DNA from: Acidobacteriota bacterium
GTDB lineage: Bacteria; Acidobacteriota; Aminicenantia; Aminicenantales; Saccharicenantaceae
Reading direction: 5' to 3'
DNA length: 54,324 nucleotides
NCBI GenBank assembly: GCA_029571905.1
Contig: JAKPXU010000109.1
Coordinates: forward strand, 1 to 54,324
The translations under genes and the position numbers were made by a program. The notes under the pieces are model-generated. The model was given only the letters and a program-made list of their open reading frames with translations, did not search any database and was not told where the DNA came from. This document shows, one piece after another, positions 49,999 through 54,324 of this stretch; position 1 is the first letter of the stretch, and each line of letters opens with the position of its first letter.

Positions 49999-51213
49999 AT
50001 GAAAGCTATCATTCTGGGTAATGGTGTAGCTGGCGCGATGACTGCGAAGACATTAAGAGAACTTGATTCATCGACTGAAATAATGATTATCAGCCAGGAG
50101 AAATACCCCTACTATCCGCGGCCTAATCTAATTGATTTTCTGGCTGGCGATCTGCCTTTAAACCGGATATTTGCTTTTCCAGCCGACTGGGCAGAAAAGC
50201 AAAAAATAGAGGTTCGTCTGGGCCAGGAAGTGACCGCTCTTGATCCCGCCAGAAAGGCAGTTGAAGTTGACCGAACAGGGTGGGTTCAGGGAGATAAGAT
50301 TGTCCTGGCCACCGGGGCAAGCCCGCTTCTTCCCGGCATCCCAGGGATTGAGAGAAAAGGCGCTTTCAGCCTCAGAACACTGGATGATGCGGTCTCACTG
50401 CTGGAGTTTCTGGCAGGCGGGCCGGAGGTGGTTATTCTGGGGGGTGGCCTGCTAGGTCTGGAAATAGCCAGGGCGATTCTTAAGCGGGGTTTAAAACAGG
50501 TGACCGTGGTTGAATATTTCAACCGGCTTCTGCCCAGGCAGCTGGATGAAATCGGAGCCAGGCTCCTTCAGAGTCAGCTGGAAAAGATGGGACTGAGATT
50601 TCTTTTGGGGAAAGAAGCAGTGGAAATTTCTGGTAAGGAAACTGTTAGCCAGGTCAGATTTAAGGATGGTAGCTTTCTTTCGGCCGGGGCTGTGGTCATA
50701 GCTTCAGGCATCAAACCCAGGCTGGAGCTGGCTTCAAAGGCCGGCCTGGCTGCTAACCGGGGTGTGCTGGTTGATGATTATCTTCAGACCAGCCAGCCAG
50801 GGATTTATGCGGCGGGGGATGTGTCTGAACACCGGGGAAGAATTTACGGGTTAATTCCCGCTGCTTTTGACCAGGCCAGGGTCGTCGCTTATAACCTGGC
50901 CGGGCAGGAAAAAAAATATGAAGGTACAGTTCCAGCTAATACACTTAAAGTGGCCGGGATTTTCCTCACCTCAGCCGGTCAGATTTTACCGGAAGGGGAA
51001 GGCTTTGAGGTTCTATCCAGGCTGGATGAGGAGCAGGGACTTTATAAAAAACTTGTCCTTAAAGACGGCCAGCTGGTTGGTGCTATCTGGCTGGGTAGTA
51101 AAAAAGGTAGTGTGGAAATCACCCGGCTGGTTCAGGCCAGAAAAAATCCTGGCCCCTATAAATCTGATTTACTGACTGATGATTTTGATTTTTCCAGGTT
51201 GAACAATCTCTAA
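49999..51213 (+). CDS. FAD/NAD(P)-dependent pyridine nucleotide-disulfide oxidoreductase-family protein, NADH:rubredoxin oxidoreductase-like
   Basis: FAD motif ILGNGVAGA, NAD motif VILGGGLLGLEIA, and YAAGDV. It lies directly downstream of rubredoxin. Confidence 0.75.
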   Translation: MKAIILGNGVAGAMTAKTLRELDSSTEIMIISQEKYPYYPRPNLIDFLAGDLPLNRIFAFPADWAEKQKIEVRLGQEVTALDPARKAVEVDRTGWVQGDKIVLATGASPLLPGIPGIERKGAFSLRTLDDAVSLLEFLAGGPEVVILGGGLLGLEIARAILKRGLKQVTVVEYFNRLLPRQLDEIGARLLQSQLEKMGLRFLLGKEAVEISGKETVSQVRFKDGSFLSAGAVVIASGIKPRLELASKAGLAANRGVLVDDYLQTSQPGIYAAGDVSEHRGRIYGLIPAAFDQARVVAYNLAGQEKKYEGTVPANTLKVAGIFLTSAGQILPEGEGFEVLSRLDEEQGLYKKLVLKDGQLVGAIWLGSKKGSVEITRLVQARKNPGPYKSDLLTDDFDFSRLNNL

Positions 51214-51254
51214 TAGAACTGTTAAGAAGCGATTAGAACCGAAAGGAGAAAGCG

Positions 51255-52280
51255 ATGAAAGTGACCAGACCTGTTCTTTGGCTGGTGCTCATCTTACTTC
51301 TGGCTGTTCGGCTGCCAGCTCAGGTTAAATTTAACGGTTATTTTTCTTTTGAATATTTAAAAAGCCAGAAAGATGGTTTTTATCCAGCTGGTACTTTTTC
51401 CAATCTCAATGGCGGGGCAGTGGTTTCTGGACTGATCTCCGGCCCGGTTTCTTTTGCGGCCGAAGCTCTCTTTAACCAGAATGACAAGGTGACTCTCCAC
51501 CAGGCTTATGTCAATCTTCAAGGCAGTAATCTATTTAGTTTTAAAATTGGACTTTTTGAGATTCCTTTCGGGCGATTTAATCGCTATGCCCGTCCAGCCG
51601 AAAATGAAACTGTTTTCCGGCCTTTACCTTTTCATTTTTTCCCTTATCGCTGGTCTGATGTCGGTCTCAGCTGGGAAGGAAATTATTCTGTTATTTATTA
51701 TTCTGCCTATGCTGTTAACGGTGTCTCTGCCGATGAAAATGGCTTTCTGGAAACGCCGGCCAGAGATATCAATAAAAATAAGGGTGTGGGAGGTAGACTG
51801 GCTTTAAGGTTTGGCCAGGGATTTGAAGCTGGTGGCTCATTTTATAGCGGTAAATATGATGAGACTAACTCCAAAAATATTCGTTTTGAAGGCTTCGATC
51901 TTATCTGGGTGACTACTGGCTGGGAAATCAAAGGTGAGTATGTCAGGACAGAGTTTAACCACCCCTTTTTAAATCAGACCCTCGAATTCGATGGCTACTA
52001 TTTAACCCTTATCATGTTTTTTAATAGGTTTAAGCCCTATTTCAGTTATCAGTATTCGATGCTGCCTGACTCAAGACTTGATGATGAGCAGGCACTGCCT
52101 TTCAATGTTCTCATTGAATCGATGGTAAAAAAAGACCGGAAGGCTATAGGTTTTAAGTGGGACTTTCTGGATAATTTTTATGCTAAATTTGAGTTTGACT
52201 GGAATAAAGAAAAGAGTCTGGACAAAGAATCGCAGTTAAAAGATAACGGTTATTCTATTCAGCTCGGATTTGTGTTCTAA
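51255..52280 (+). CDS. putative outer-membrane porin-like beta-barrel protein
   Basis: Signal peptide (LLLAVRLPAQV), a Tyr/Gly/Phe-rich alternating pattern, and a C-terminal IQLGFVF ending in Phe. Confidence 0.55.
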   Translation: MKVTRPVLWLVLILLLAVRLPAQVKFNGYFSFEYLKSQKDGFYPAGTFSNLNGGAVVSGLISGPVSFAAEALFNQNDKVTLHQAYVNLQGSNLFSFKIGLFEIPFGRFNRYARPAENETVFRPLPFHFFPYRWSDVGLSWEGNYSVIYYSAYAVNGVSADENGFLETPARDINKNKGVGGRLALRFGQGFEAGGSFYSGKYDETNSKNIRFEGFDLIWVTTGWEIKGEYVRTEFNHPFLNQTLEFDGYYLTLIMFFNRFKPYFSYQYSMLPDSRLDDEQALPFNVLIESMVKKDRKAIGFKWDFLDNFYAKFEFDWNKEKSLDKESQLKDNGYSIQLGFVF

Positions 52281-52373
52281 AGGCTTCAAGCTGAACCCTA
52301 AATCTGATAGAATTCCTTCTGTTTGGTCTCAATCTGGTGAACCAGACAGATCAAGTCGAGGATGGTCAAATAA

Positions 52374-53705
52374 ATGAACAACTTATTGGTTATCGGCACG
52401 CAATGGGGCGACGAGGGTAAGGGGAAGATAGTTGATTTTTTGGCTTCAGCCTTTGATCTCATTGCCAGATATCAGGGCGGTCACAATGCTGGCCATACCG
52501 TTTATCTTGAGGGCAAAAAAGTTGTCCTTCATCTAATACCGGCCGGAATTCTTCATCCTGATAAGATTGGAGTCATCGGCAATGGATTGGTCATCGACCC
52601 GGCTGCTTTTTTTAAAGAGTTAGATGATCTGAAATCAATCGGGGTTGAGGTGGAGGCCAAAAGATTGGTCGTCAGCCGTTCTGCTCAGGTCATCATGCCC
52701 TATCATCCACTCCTCGAAAAAATAAGTGAAACACAGCGTGGTAAAAAGATGATCGGCACGACCTGTCGTGGGATTGGTCCCTGCTATGAAGATAAAGCGG
52801 CCCGCTGGGGAATTCGGGTTGCTGACCTTCTCGAGCCAAGCGTTCTGCGGGAAAAAATAGAAGAGAATCTGGCCTTTAAAAATAAAATACTGCAAGCCTT
52901 TGGCCAGCCAGCTCTTGAGACCGGGCCAATTTATGAGCAATATAAAAGATTTGGCGAAAGGTTGGCCCCCTTTGTTAAAGATGTATCAGCCTTTCTCTAC
53001 GAGCAGATCAAAGCTGGTAAATCAATTTTATTTGAAGGAGCCCAGGGCGTCCTGCTGGACCTTGATCATGGCACCTTTCCTTATGTGACTTCCTCCAGTT
53101 CAACAGCCGGAGGAGTGGCTACCGGCCTGGGGCTCAGTCCAAAACAGATTACTGCTGTTCTGGGAGTGACCAAGGCCTATTGCACCAGGGTGGGTAGCGG
53201 CCCTTTTCCTACCGAACTTAAAGATGAAACAGGCGCCCAGCTGGCCAGAATTGGTGATGAATTCGGAGCGACGACGGGTCGGCCGCGAAGATGCGGCTGG
53301 TTTGATGCGGTAGCAGCTCGCTATGCCTGCCGGCTTAATGGCGTTGATCTTCTTGCTCTGACCAAGCCTGATGTGCTAGAAGGCCTGCCTGAAATTAAAG
53401 CCTGTTATGCCTATGAATATAAAGGTTCAAAGCTGAAAGATTTTCTATCTGATCCATATGTGCTGGACAATGTCAGACCGGTTTACCGGACTTTTAAAGT
53501 CTGGGAAGGTTCAATTCACCACCTGAGAAGTGAGGAAAAACTGCCGGCCGGGTTTATTGATTATCTCAAGTGGCTGGAGGATGAGCTGGAAACACCGGTC
53601 GGAATTATTTCAACCGGGGTGGATAGAGAAGACATTGTTTTTGTTGAAGACAGAATTAGCCGCCTCCTGGGAGACCGGGCTGAGGAGTTGCTAGTCGGCC
53701 ATTAA
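52374..53705 (+). CDS. purA: adenylosuccinate synthase
   Basis: GTQWGDEGKGK, GIGPCYEDK and GATTGRPRRCGW motifs. Confidence 0.95.
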   Translation: MNNLLVIGTQWGDEGKGKIVDFLASAFDLIARYQGGHNAGHTVYLEGKKVVLHLIPAGILHPDKIGVIGNGLVIDPAAFFKELDDLKSIGVEVEAKRLVVSRSAQVIMPYHPLLEKISETQRGKKMIGTTCRGIGPCYEDKAARWGIRVADLLEPSVLREKIEENLAFKNKILQAFGQPALETGPIYEQYKRFGERLAPFVKDVSAFLYEQIKAGKSILFEGAQGVLLDLDHGTFPYVTSSSSTAGGVATGLGLSPKQITAVLGVTKAYCTRVGSGPFPTELKDETGAQLARIGDEFGATTGRPRRCGWFDAVAARYACRLNGVDLLALTKPDVLEGLPEIKACYAYEYKGSKLKDFLSDPYVLDNVRPVYRTFKVWEGSIHHLRSEEKLPAGFIDYLKWLEDELETPVGIISTGVDREDIVFVEDRISRLLGDRAEELLVGH

Positions 53706-53745
53706 AGCTGGTCCAGCCAGACAGATAGACATCCGGGTAGAAAAA

Positions 53746-54324
53746 ATGAAAGCTCAAAATGGACTGATACGGTGGGTGGAAATCGACCGGCAAGCTTTTT
53801 TTAATAATGTAGGCGAGTTCAAGAAGAGGCTGGGCCGAACCGAGCTGATGGCAGTGGTTAAGGCCAACGCTTATGGTCATGGTCTGCTGGAAATAGCCCG
53901 ACTGGCCAGTGAAGCCGGCCTTAACTGGCTGGGAGTAAATAATCTCCAAGAAGGTCTGGCTCTTCGTCAAGCTGGTTTTAATCAAAAAATACTCATTCTT
54001 GGCTATGTTGGGCTTAACCAGGCAGAAGCGGTGGTTAGCTCCGACCTGAGATGCGTTGTTTATAATCTGGAAAATTTGAAAGCCCTGGCCAGTGCTGCCC
54101 GCCGTCTTAAAAAGAAAGCCATCGTTCATCTCAAGATTGAAACCGGGACCAACCGCCAAGGAATTCCTATTAGACAACTAGGAATTATAGTCAGAGAAAT
54201 TAAAAAACTGCCAGAAATAGAAGTGGAGGGAGCCAGCTCCCATTTTGCTAACATTGAAGACACAACCGATGATTTTTACCCTAAATACCAGCTGGCCAAT
54301 TTTGTCAAGGCTGTTCAGCAGCTG
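53746..54324 (+). CDS. alr: alanine racemase, N-terminal part (3' end outside the window; not in the ORF track)
   Basis: Hand translation from the ATG at 53746 gives MKAQNGLIRWVEIDRQAFFNNV...MAVVKANAYGHG. This carries the PLP-lysine motif, and the frame is open to the window end. Confidence 0.85.
   Translation, partial: MKAQNGLIRWVEIDRQAFFNNVGEFKKRLGRTELMAVVKANAYGHGLLEIARLASEAGLNWLGVNNLQEGLALRQAGFNQKILILGYVGLNQAEAVVSSDLRCVVYNLENLKALASAARRLKKKAIVHLKIETGTNRQGIPIRQLGIIVREIKKLPEIEVEGASSHFANIEDTTDDFYPKYQLANFVKAVQQL

Noticed and set aside
53656-54177. 173-aa minus-strand ORF listed in the track downstream of purA.
   Set aside because: The plus strand here encodes a clear alanine racemase N-terminus (VVKANAYGHG) that is open to the window end. 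The minus ORF is its antisense shadow.

Overview
The window looks like ordinary core chromosome from a Gram-negative-type (diderm), probably anaerobic bacterium. Evidence for that: TonB/ExbBD, two beta-barrel outer-membrane proteins ending in a C-terminal Phe, rubredoxin and hypCDE. It is densely packed with about 55 genes, almost all recognisable from classic motifs. Recognisable blocks: trxC; tRNA-Leu/secG/tpiA/pgk/gap; nnr-tsaE; apt plus a purine permease; a small glycan-hydrolase cluster (GH3, aldo/keto reductase, alpha-galactosidase-like GH with NPCBM, OMP); tRNA-His; era-corC-ybeY-pgpH-phoH; a sulfate-activation cluster (RHH, sat, alkaline-phosphatase-superfamily enzyme, cysC, TviC/WbpP-like epimerase); hypCDE; uppS-cdsA-dxr-rseP-ispG-larE-like; a 2-hydroxyacid dehydrogenase; a PNP_UDP_1 enzyme; exbD-exbB-tonB; secF-secD-yajC-tgt-ychF; lepB; a DUF62 SAM hydrolase; recD2; rubredoxin (53 aa, absent from the ORF track) with a rubredoxin-reductase-like flavoprotein and an OMP; purA; and the 5' part of alr (also absent from the ORF track). 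I saw no rRNA, CRISPR array, transposase, integrase or obvious island. The least ordinary locus is a self-contained two-gene operon (36321-38374). It pairs a ParB-like protein carrying the arginine-patch (CTP-binding type) motif with a spore-photoproduct-lyase-family radical SAM enzyme, in an organism that does not look like a spore former. Second is the sat/cysC cluster, which has an NPP-type phosphodiesterase wedged in and no sulfate-reduction genes. A recurring sequence-level pattern is near-consensus sigma70-like promoters placed so that the predicted transcription start falls on the ATG (candidate leaderless mRNAs) at uppS, the ParB-like gene and ychF. All calls rest on motif and synteny recognition by eye. 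No database search was run.
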